Of a stretch of 43,252 nucleotides of DNA, positions 11,253-18,919 are shown in pieces (positions within the stretch are counted from its first letter, which is position 1; each line of letters opens with the position of its first letter). Source of the stretch: Candidatus Omnitrophota bacterium (GTDB lineage Bacteria > Ratteibacteria > UBA8468 > MWAK01); assembly GCA_043797665.1 (NCBI GenBank), contig JAZDPL010000068.1, positions 1-43,252 on the forward strand. The letters run 5' to 3'. Under the pieces are notes generated by a model. That model ran no database searches and had not been told where the DNA came from. It was given only the letters and a program-made list of their open reading frames with translations. Position numbers and translations under genes: made by a program.

Positions 11253-11282
11253 ATTGTACCCCTTTCTGCGTTCTATGGTCAA
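11253..11282 (-). promoter_or_regulatory. Putative sigma70 promoter for the glucan synthase gene
   Basis: Minus strand reads TTGACC-18 nt-TACAAT, about 65 nt upstream of the start codon. Confidence 0.55.
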
Positions 11283-11303
11283 TTGTTTCCTAAGGCTAAA
11301 TTG

Positions 11304-11326
11304 ATTGCGACTGGAGGGTGGGGTAG
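11304..11326 (+). repeat. 23-bp G-rich direct repeat, copy 1 (ATTGCGACTGGAGGGTGGGGTAG)
   Basis: Identical to 22934-22956. Confidence 0.9.
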
Positions 11327-11344
11327 GGGGGATACTACAAAAAA

Positions 11345-11380
11345 TTTCAACGAAAATAGAGGCGGGAAAAAGTGTGACAG
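11345..11380 (+). repeat. Degenerate copy of the island-end (arm-site) sequence
   Basis: TTTCAACGAAAATAGAGGCGGGAAAAAGTGTGACAG matches 41639-41674 at 32 of 36 positions. Confidence 0.8.
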
Positions 11381-11440
11381 AATTCTTTTTTCTTCGTCTT
11401 CGGAAAGGATCCTATCCCGCTTATTCTTGTGAGAATTCCA

Positions 11441-14400
11441 TTATTTCTTATAACTTTCGTCCGGAAAAAGTTCTTCCGATTCGGTCAATTTTTCGTATAC
11501 TATTATTTTCGTTTTTCCTAAAAGTCCGGATGGCAGACTTTTTTCAAAAAGATTTGATAGGGTATTGGTGATTTTTATTTGAATCTGGTTTGTTCCTTTC
11601 CTTAGTTTTCCCGATATATCAAACCGATAAGGTGTCCAGAGACGCACTCCCGCGGGATGGTTGTTGATATAAACCTCTACCACGTCCCGTGCTTTTTCCA
11701 CCTCCAATATCACCTCTTTTTCTTTCCCGGCCTTATTAAGGTATATACTCTGGGAATAAATGCCTGTTCCAGAATAATGCGGGTAGCCGAATTTCGTCCA
11801 GTCCCCCGATGCGGTTCCGCCCTGGGTCCGCGTAATCTCCAGGTCATCGGCCACGACGAAATCTCCGTAAAGCGCGATAAAAGGAGGGGTGTTGGGCACT
11901 TTATAATCCGGAGTTCTGGTTTGGAAACGAATGGTATTTGAGCCCTTTTTCACATATTTTGAAATGTCAAACCCTATGTTGCTGTTGTCCCAGACGAAGG
12001 TCTCTTTGCCCTCTCCGGCCGGAATACCGTTGATGGTCAATTCTCCGGGCTCTATTTGTTCCGTGATAAGTTCTAAATGATTTGGCGTATCTTTAATAGA
12101 AAAACTGCCCTGCAACTCATAATTTTCGCCTGGTTTCAGTTCTTCTTTGAAAGGAAATATTCCCTTTTCGCCACATGACAGCCATCTTCCATGGCAGTTT
12201 TGTTTTACCGAAAGGACCAGACGTTTCATATTGCTTCTTTCCGTCGAAAAATTCCAATTTGCCGGTATGATATATTCGCGTATCTTCTTCCGTCTCTCTT
12301 TTGGCGCAATCCCTGTTTTCTTTCCTTTTTCAATTATCAAAAAGAGTGATTCGTAAGGAGAAAAGCGCAGCGGTACCCTTATCCCCTTGTTTTCTTTCCG
12401 GAATGCGGTAAACCTGGTCTCTCCCTTCACCGGATCAAATATCTGCGGAATTCCCTTGAGAGAAAGATGCACGGATGTATTGATTGTTTTGGGACCCCGG
12501 TTAACCATGTAAAAGGAAACAGCACGGGCTAATGAACGCTGCAGCATCCATATATTCTCCCCGTTTTTACCGAAATCCACTTCAGCCGGAAAAGATTTAA
12601 GAAAATTTCCCAGGGTCTTGATAAAACCCGGATTGTATTTATTGACGATGTCATTCGACAAAATGAACGATGCCCTGTCTTTCCGGACGAGCCGGCTTTC
12701 GTACCGCCGGCCTGTCCTGGCCGGGTTGTTCAAGTTAATTATCCGATCATTGACATCCCGCACGGAAACCTTAAACAATTTCTGCATGTCCTCGATAATG
12801 TTCCAGTCATCCGGTGTTTGCCAGGGTATGAAATTCAGCACCAGTACGTGGCCGCCTTGCTGGACGAATTTTTCAATCCTTCGGAAGAGGTTTTCGGTCA
12901 GAGCGGTCAATGAGGGCAAAATAAGCATGGAATAACTTTCCTTTCCAACCAGGATCTTCCCATTTTCTATCTTAGCTTTGTTGATCAAGACTTCTTCGAA
13001 AATAACATCAAAATCTCTCCGGAGCTTCAAAAGATTGTTGGTAAGAGTAATAAAGCTATCCTGCATAATTCTTATCCTGGAAGAGGATGTCCCCTTCCAG
13101 TTTATTTCGCACCAGACGCTGGTGGTAGGATAAAGTACGGCGATGTCTGCCCGGTGTGCTCCTTCAGAAATCCCGCGGCAGGTGCACGCCACATAATCGG
13201 AAAAAACATGATAGTACTTCCAGAAAGGCTGTTGGTTGAGGTGAGAAGGCGGATAACCGCATCGTTCCTGAACTTTCCGGAAACCTTTGATAGTATAATA
13301 ACCGCACTGGAACTGAAGCCGATTGCATCCCAGTACTGCTAACCAGTCAAAGACCTTTTTCATGTCCTGGAAATTTAAACCCCAGCCGCTACCCGTATAA
13401 GTTTCACTCAGAATATAGTCGCGGTTGCATAGATGAGCAACACTGCTTACCAATTTAGGTCCGACATTCGCCTCTCTTCCGTACATTCTCTGTTTGGAAT
13501 AAATGCTGTCAACACCGGGTATATGAAAATATTTGAGATGGGCATAAAGGTCACCTTCATGAAAAGTTGACCTCAAAAAATCTTCTTCCAAAAACAGGTG
13601 CCCGGTAAGTTTAATCCGATGTCGCCGGCACCAGTCGAAAACCTGTTTCGTGTAGGACCCGACAAAAGTATCCGTCACCAATTTCCAGTAATCAAAACGG
13701 GTTTTCGCATGACAGCCTCCATCAAAAACCAACTCCGGAAGTTTAGGCCTCAGGTCATATCCATGCTTTTCTTGGAACATCTTAAACAAATTTCTTGTCC
13801 AGGGAAATCCCAGGCAACTCCTCTTAGATGGTGGAAGTTTATTTTGCTCATCCTCCCAGCGCGGGTAAAAACCCGGCTCATCCGTAAAAATCCCGGGTAT
13901 CAACCGGCCAAAATCCTTTCCAAACCGGGCATAGTATCTTTCATGGGTATAATCAATAAACTTTTTGACGGCAGCCGAAGAGAGGACGTCCAAAAAGCCC
14001 CGCTGCGTCCAGGAAAATCTTGCATAGATGGAAGACGGAGGAACCTCTTTTGTCGTAGCCTCGCTGAAGATAATTTCCCTCTTTTCCGAAAGTCTCTGCC
14101 TCAGCAATACCTTGCCGGGTACCTCAGACCTGTTTGTTTTTTCCCTTATAATGCACAAGAGGACCATGGCCGTGTACTGCGGGTAATCCTTCAGGACATA
14201 GCCACCGGCAGATCCGCTCGGCCAGCTGTACTCGTCGTAAATCCAGTACCTCATATTCAGCTTTCTGGCCTCGGAGACCACCGTTTTTATTTTTTGAAAA
14301 TAATCATTATTCAGATACCCGTTTTCATAACCCCATCCGGGCATGATGAAAAAATCATATATTCTCTGGCGAAAGATTTCCTCCAACTGTTTCTTTATTT

Positions 14401-14485
14401 CCACCTTGCTTATGCGACTATTCCAGCACCACACAAGACAAGGTCTGAAGGCATCTAATGGATTCGCAATTCTAATCTTACCCAT
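11441..14485 (-). CDS. Glycoside hydrolase, GH106 (alpha-L-rhamnosidase)-like, with C-terminal GH2-type sugar-binding domain
   Basis: 1014 aa. Motifs: RP.LVWCWN, WIYDEYSWPSGSAGG, IFTDEP, LTGHL..EE, PGVD, SETY; C-terminal GDW...GYPHYSGTGIY, GVRLWTPYRFDI, PSGLLG. Confidence 0.8.
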   Translation of the reverse strand: MGKIRIANPLDAFRPCLVWCWNSRISKVEIKKQLEEIFRQRIYDFFIMPGWGYENGYLNNDYFQKIKTVVSEARKLNMRYWIYDEYSWPSGSAGGYVLKDYPQYTAMVLLCIIREKTNRSEVPGKVLLRQRLSEKREIIFSEATTKEVPPSSIYARFSWTQRGFLDVLSSAAVKKFIDYTHERYYARFGKDFGRLIPGIFTDEPGFYPRWEDEQNKLPPSKRSCLGFPWTRNLFKMFQEKHGYDLRPKLPELVFDGGCHAKTRFDYWKLVTDTFVGSYTKQVFDWCRRHRIKLTGHLFLEEDFLRSTFHEGDLYAHLKYFHIPGVDSIYSKQRMYGREANVGPKLVSSVAHLCNRDYILSETYTGSGWGLNFQDMKKVFDWLAVLGCNRLQFQCGYYTIKGFRKVQERCGYPPSHLNQQPFWKYYHVFSDYVACTCRGISEGAHRADIAVLYPTTSVWCEINWKGTSSSRIRIMQDSFITLTNNLLKLRRDFDVIFEEVLINKAKIENGKILVGKESYSMLILPSLTALTENLFRRIEKFVQQGGHVLVLNFIPWQTPDDWNIIEDMQKLFKVSVRDVNDRIINLNNPARTGRRYESRLVRKDRASFILSNDIVNKYNPGFIKTLGNFLKSFPAEVDFGKNGENIWMLQRSLARAVSFYMVNRGPKTINTSVHLSLKGIPQIFDPVKGETRFTAFRKENKGIRVPLRFSPYESLFLIIEKGKKTGIAPKERRKKIREYIIPANWNFSTERSNMKRLVLSVKQNCHGRWLSCGEKGIFPFKEELKPGENYELQGSFSIKDTPNHLELITEQIEPGELTINGIPAGEGKETFVWDNSNIGFDISKYVKKGSNTIRFQTRTPDYKVPNTPPFIALYGDFVVADDLEITRTQGGTASGDWTKFGYPHYSGTGIYSQSIYLNKAGKEKEVILEVEKARDVVEVYINNHPAGVRLWTPYRFDISGKLRKGTNQIQIKITNTLSNLFEKSLPSGLLGKTKIIVYEKLTESEELFPDESYKK

Positions 14486-14504
14486 AAACTTCAGCCTCCA
14501 ATTT

Positions 14505-14734
14505 CCTTGAACCTACAGGAATTGATATCTTAAGTAGGTTCAAGGGGGGATTGCCAAGGCGAGGACTCCATCATCAAGATGGAGGGTGGCGAAGAACCCC
14601 CTTGCTCAGTAGAGAGAGTAACAGGGAACGTTAGTGACCGCCATAGGACGGGGTCCCCAACCCTTGGTTGGGGGTGTAAACTCCCTTTGGAACGGGTTCC
14701 CTACCATCAAGGTAGGGGATCCGAGCGAAGCGAG
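14505..14734. repeat. Multi-hairpin intergenic element (REP/MITE-like or structured RNA)
   Basis: Inverted repeats at 14505-14516/14534-14545 (12 bp), 14566-14584, 14655-14673 and 14693-14723, plus 14541-14548/14597-14604. Ends in GAGCGAAGCGAG. Confidence 0.65.
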
Positions 14735-14801
14735 GTGCGACTTGTCATATTTACAGAATGTTTATAATTAGCCGGTGAACTATCCGGAGATACCTCATGG
14801 T

Positions 14802-16646
14802 CTATTTCAGGCGAGCACCCTTTATCGGAATGGGTGGTTCTTTTGCATCGGAATATGCCCCATACAGTTTGAGCGCGATATTGTCCATGAATTCAGGCAC
14901 GGCAATCCGGATTCCGTTCACATCGCAGGCAACCGTCTCTCTTTTGAGAATAGTTCCCTCCCAGGTGTCCCACCATTCCGCGGTCAGGAACTTTGCCCGG
15001 CGGAAATGAACCGGGCGTTCAAGGAACACATCGGCATGCGCGGGATGCGCGGCCGCACCACAGAATTCGCCCCGCCTGTCGTGAAACCAGTAAAATGCCC
15101 GGGCGGGTCCCTCCAGGCCGTACACGTCCAGGTGTTCGGACAACCGGGAGAAAAACTTTGTCAGCCGGTACCCGGCAAGGTCCTCGCCCGCGACAAACCG
15201 CGCGAGACCGGTGTGACAACCGTACAAATTCAGGCGGTCGATGTAATTGTCCCACCACGACAGGCCGGCTGCCGCGCACTTGCGCATGAACGTGATCCAG
15301 ACAAAATCGTGCAAATGGACACCGCGGATATCCTGCTCCTGTATGCCTTCGGGTCTCCAGTCGATGCCGCCTTCCGAGATGAAATAAGGCTTCCGGTATT
15401 GTTCCCGCTCGTCCGTTGAATCGGTGATGGATTCTATTAGCCTGCCGGTGTAGGGATGCACGTGAGTGGCATCCATCGTGCGTATGGACCAGAGCTGTTT
15501 GTCGGTTCCATTGGAACCGAGGTCAACGGAAACCATTCTCCGGGCCGGGTCCAGCGACCTGGCATACGCGGACATTTCCCGGTACCATTTCAGGATGTGT
15601 TCGTGGCCTTCGGGTTCCCGCCACCCCTGGATGTTGTTCACTTCGGAGAGTAAAGTCCATTGAATAATCGCGGGACTGTATCCCCATCGGGCAATATAGT
15701 AGCAGATGAGATTCTTCCAGAACCTTCGTGCTTCGGGGAGAGAGAAACACTCCACCGGTTCCCCGCAGGGACCGCCCTTCTTGACGGAGAGAAGATTGAC
15801 GGTATCGAATACGCACCATTCCTTCAGGGGGAACGCGTCGCGGTTGAAGGTGTTCCATTGTTCCAGACAGAGGATAAGATAAAGACCCGCTTTCTCCGCC
15901 GCTGCGATATCGAGGTCCCACCTGTACGCGGTTTCCAGGTCCATGAAACCGAGCTTTCCCGACGCAAAGTGGGTACATCCCATACCGGTGTTCATGTGGA
16001 ACCTGGTAATGGTCTCTCCGTGCGCGGTCATGGTTTTCCAGAGCGCTTTTCTTTTCTCGAGCCCGGAAAAGCCAAAGATGTTGTGGCCGACGAAAAAGGC
16101 GGTTTGACCGTTGGAAAACTCAAGATAATGCCAATCCCGGGGACTTACGCGCACAAATCCCCTGGCGGAGGAATCCGGGATGACGGTGAAATTGACCGGC
16201 ACACCGGCGGGATACAAAGAGACCGGTTTTCCCTTGCGGGAAACCCGTATTCTCAAAGAATAAACACCCTCCGTTTCCGGAGTGAACCTGATTCTCCAGT
16301 GCGCGGGAGACGCGCCGGGAATGAATTTTTTTGGAATCCCGACTTTCTTATCATCCGGCTCTTGACACCGGTATTCCTTGTACCAGAATGCGGGCACGAC
16401 AATCTTTCTTCCTGACGGGCCGATGAATATACCGTCAACGGCGATCTCATCCCGGTCAAACGGATTGGAAAACGCTTCCTTCAGATGAAAGGGTATCTCC
16501 AGCATGCCGTAGATCGGGACCGTCTCCGGGCTCGCGAGAAACGACACACCGTTTCCGGAGGCCTCATTGCTTTGAATTTTTGCCGCAGAAGTTTTTTTCA
16601 AAAAAACCATCAACACTAACCCCAGAATAAAAAACACCCTTTTCAT
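14802..16646 (-). CDS. Secreted DUF5060-domain protein with GH5-like (clan GH-A) catalytic domain
   Basis: Signal-peptide-like N-terminus. NPFD...IAVDGIF.GPSG...VPAFW and WRIRFTPETEG match DUF5060. YYIARWGYSPAIIQWTLLSEVN (acid/base), HVHPY and KPYFISEGG (nucleophile) match clan GH-A. Confidence 0.75.
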   Translation of the reverse strand: MKRVFFILGLVLMVFLKKTSAAKIQSNEASGNGVSFLASPETVPIYGMLEIPFHLKEAFSNPFDRDEIAVDGIFIGPSGRKIVVPAFWYKEYRCQEPDDKKVGIPKKFIPGASPAHWRIRFTPETEGVYSLRIRVSRKGKPVSLYPAGVPVNFTVIPDSSARGFVRVSPRDWHYLEFSNGQTAFFVGHNIFGFSGLEKRKALWKTMTAHGETITRFHMNTGMGCTHFASGKLGFMDLETAYRWDLDIAAAEKAGLYLILCLEQWNTFNRDAFPLKEWCVFDTVNLLSVKKGGPCGEPVECFSLPEARRFWKNLICYYIARWGYSPAIIQWTLLSEVNNIQGWREPEGHEHILKWYREMSAYARSLDPARRMVSVDLGSNGTDKQLWSIRTMDATHVHPYTGRLIESITDSTDEREQYRKPYFISEGGIDWRPEGIQEQDIRGVHLHDFVWITFMRKCAAAGLSWWDNYIDRLNLYGCHTGLARFVAGEDLAGYRLTKFFSRLSEHLDVYGLEGPARAFYWFHDRRGEFCGAAAHPAHADVFLERPVHFRRAKFLTAEWWDTWEGTILKRETVACDVNGIRIAVPEFMDNIALKLYGAYSDAKEPPIPIKGARLK

Positions 16647-16675
16647 TTCTTATGCTCTCCTTTCAGGGTAATGAG

Positions 16676-17512
16676 TCACGGCGAAGAAACGCAGCGAAAC
16701 CCGAAGTTGTTGAGCCTGAGGGTCGGATAGCCCCAGCTGCGAAACGCCGAACGGCAGTCGTCGGCGGCAAGGCCCCAGCAGCCGCCGCGCAACACGCGGC
16801 TCTGACGGATAACTGGGCCTTTGGGATTATCAGCCGGGCTGGTTTGATAGTAGTTTGCTTCATACCAGTCAGAACACCATTCCCAGACATTGCCGGTCAT
16901 ATCATAGAGACCAAAGACGTTGGGTTTCTTGGTGCCGACCGGGTGGGTCTGGTTGCCGAGGTACCAGGCGTAATCTTCCAGGTCTCTCTCGGCGTCTCCG
17001 AAGCAGTATTTGGTGGAGGAACCGGCTCTGGCTGCCTTCTCCCACTCTGCCTCGGTGGGAAGGCGCTTGCCGTAGTAGTTGGCGTAGGCGGTGGCATCGG
17101 GCCAGGAAACCTGGACTACCGGGTAGTTCATTTTAGAAGAGATGCCCTGGTCATTACCAAGGGGGTCTTTCCAGGAGGCGTTTTTATTCTGATTCCAGGA
17201 TTCCCCGTTCCCGATGTAACCGCCGCCTTTTTTTTCGGCTTCGGTTACATAACCGGTGGCATCCACAAACTTCTTGAATTGGTCGTTGGTTACCTCGTAC
17301 TTGTCTATGTAGTAGGCGTCAAGGAAAACCCTGTGCCGGGGGTGTTCGTTTTCATAACCTTCACTTTGGGGGGAACCCATCAGAAACTCTCCGGCAGGGA
17401 TGAGAACCATAGGGGCACCGTCTTTTCCGATAATCTCCTTTTGCTCGGTGCTAAGAACACCGGCCCACATGAAAAACATTATAACTGCGATTCCGGTTAA
17501 TACTCTATTCAT
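16676..17512 (-). CDS. Exported FGE-sulfatase-domain (SUMF1/C-type lectin fold) protein; probable start ATG 17512
   Basis: Motifs: MVLIPAGEFLMGS, E.PRHRV.LD.YYIDKYEVTN, PVVQVSW.DA, RLPTEAEWEKAAR, PN.FGLYDMTGNVWEW, RVLRGG.W, GFRC. AAGGAGG precedes ATG 17512, followed by a hydrophobic N-terminus. Confidence 0.9.
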   Translation of the reverse strand: MNRVLTGIAVIMFFMWAGVLSTEQKEIIGKDGAPMVLIPAGEFLMGSPQSEGYENEHPRHRVFLDAYYIDKYEVTNDQFKKFVDATGYVTEAEKKGGGYIGNGESWNQNKNASWKDPLGNDQGISSKMNYPVVQVSWPDATAYANYYGKRLPTEAEWEKAARAGSSTKYCFGDAERDLEDYAWYLGNQTHPVGTKKPNVFGLYDMTGNVWEWCSDWYEANYYQTSPADNPKGPVIRQSRVLRGGCWGLAADDCRSAFRSWGYPTLRLNNFGFRCVSSP

Positions 17513-17558
17513 TTGGAATCCTCCTTTTGCCGGTTGACGCAATAAAAGTACAATAAGG

Positions 17559-18881
17559 TCAGATTCCGGACTGGTATTTCGTCAGTTCTTCAAAGAACAG
17601 CCTGGTACCGTCGGAATCGAAGGAACCGCTATGCGGGAAAAACCTGCGGAGGCAATAGAAAGAGAGAATTTCCGGTGCGTACCTCTTGATGAAACCCCAC
17701 CGTTCCCGCTCCTCTGACGGAAGAATGGCTCGTGACATATCGTCCAGGCGGTGAACCATGAGGCCGTGCTTTTCCCGGTGTGTGCCGAGGAGCGAGAGAA
17801 ACACTTCGTGGATTTCATGCATGTCCCGGGGATACGAGTCGGTGCCGAATTCATGGATGACGTATGTTATCGCCGGATGCTTCGCAAGCAATTCCACGTT
17901 CATACCGTACTGGTAGCCGTTGAGAGGAATCTTTGCCGGCCGGCCGGCAACGGCGCACCGTTCGTAAGGTATGAGCCACTGGGAAAGGCCGAAATAAACG
18001 ACTCCTCTCCATCGCGGGTTGTTGCGGTTGAGAGCGTGCATCTGTTCGGACAGGGGCAGAATCCAGTGCTTGAAGAATGTATGGCAGAGGTAGTTGTACC
18101 AGTGCCGCCAGACCCCCGTGCACCGCGGTAGCTCGGCGTAACTGCGGGTGCCGTCTGGTGCACCAATGGTGAAACCGGGATAGCATTTCGTTTTCCCTTT
18201 TCCCTGCGCCTCCATCTCTTCGGCGTGGACGGGAAACGCATCAACTGTTCTGTTGTTGTGCGTTACATCGTGTTGTCTGCAGTATTCGCGCCACTGTTCC
18301 AGGGAACTGTCGCTGTATACGGGAGAATGCCAATAGTCCTGTCCCGCCGAAAAACTTGAGACAACCGCAAGATTCGCGCCGAGGTGTTCTTCCGGCCAGA
18401 AAAGTCCGTGAAGTAGGTTCGGCTCAAAGTGCTTCAGAAACGTATCGTAATAAACCTCCCTGAACCACTTGACGGCATCGGGATTAAACCTGTCTATGTC
18501 GGGGCGTCTCTTGACGTCGCGCACGGCCGGATGGATGAGACCTTTCTCATCCATCATCCAGGATGTGAAACGCGCAGGCGGAACGGGAAGATTGTCAATC
18601 TGCTTGTAAATCCGGGGGCCGAGCCATAAATCTATGGCATAGTCCTGTGCAAGTTTTGCAACCTCCACGACGCCGGCAATGTCCTGGTCCTGGTATACCA
18701 TGGGCACGAAGTCAACGCCGTTGAGCTTATCCTTGAAATGTTCAAAATAAGGACGGGCATCCTTTGCGCAGGAATACACCCACTGTTCATTGCCGAACTT
18801 GCGCCAGAGGACTTCCGCGCCTGTTGCGCACAATTCCTGTGCCAGGAAATAGCCATGCCGTATCGGATTGACCTTATACAC
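17559..18881 (-). CDS. Hypothetical protein, possibly a divergent TIM-barrel glycoside hydrolase
   Basis: 440-aa ORF co-oriented and tightly packed in the GH cluster. GLFWPEE and YVIHEFG resemble acid/base and nucleophile strands (weak evidence). Confidence 0.55.
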   Translation of the reverse strand: MYKVNPIRHGYFLAQELCATGAEVLWRKFGNEQWVYSCAKDARPYFEHFKDKLNGVDFVPMVYQDQDIAGVVEVAKLAQDYAIDLWLGPRIYKQIDNLPVPPARFTSWMMDEKGLIHPAVRDVKRRPDIDRFNPDAVKWFREVYYDTFLKHFEPNLLHGLFWPEEHLGANLAVVSSFSAGQDYWHSPVYSDSSLEQWREYCRQHDVTHNNRTVDAFPVHAEEMEAQGKGKTKCYPGFTIGAPDGTRSYAELPRCTGVWRHWYNYLCHTFFKHWILPLSEQMHALNRNNPRWRGVVYFGLSQWLIPYERCAVAGRPAKIPLNGYQYGMNVELLAKHPAITYVIHEFGTDSYPRDMHEIHEVFLSLLGTHREKHGLMVHRLDDMSRAILPSEERERWGFIKRYAPEILSFYCLRRFFPHSGSFDSDGTRLFFEELTKYQSGI

Positions 18882-18919
18882 AGTGTTAAAAAGTAGTCCG
18901 GGGTATTGGAGAAGGAGAT

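Noticed and set aside
2596..11432. Long plus-strand ORFs (e.g. 3456-4415, 5175-6389, 9051-10538) opposite the glucan synthase
   Set aside because: Antisense shadows of a GC-rich gene with no recognisable motifs.
14580..14589. TGGAGGGTGG match to the 23-bp repeat
   Set aside because: Only 10 bp, lacks the ATTGCGAC half and is partly explained by a hairpin arm; could be chance.
14579..14767. 62-aa ORF in the intergenic gap
   Set aside because: Lies within the hairpin element on the strand opposite the operon, with no motif support.
16652..17500. 282-aa plus-strand ORF
   Set aside because: Antisense mirror of the well-supported FGE-domain gene.
16676..17512. Calling this a catalytic formylglycine-generating enzyme
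   Set aside because: It lacks the canonical GGS(F/Y)LC....C.RYR active-site motif and no sulfatase is nearby, so only the fold is supported.
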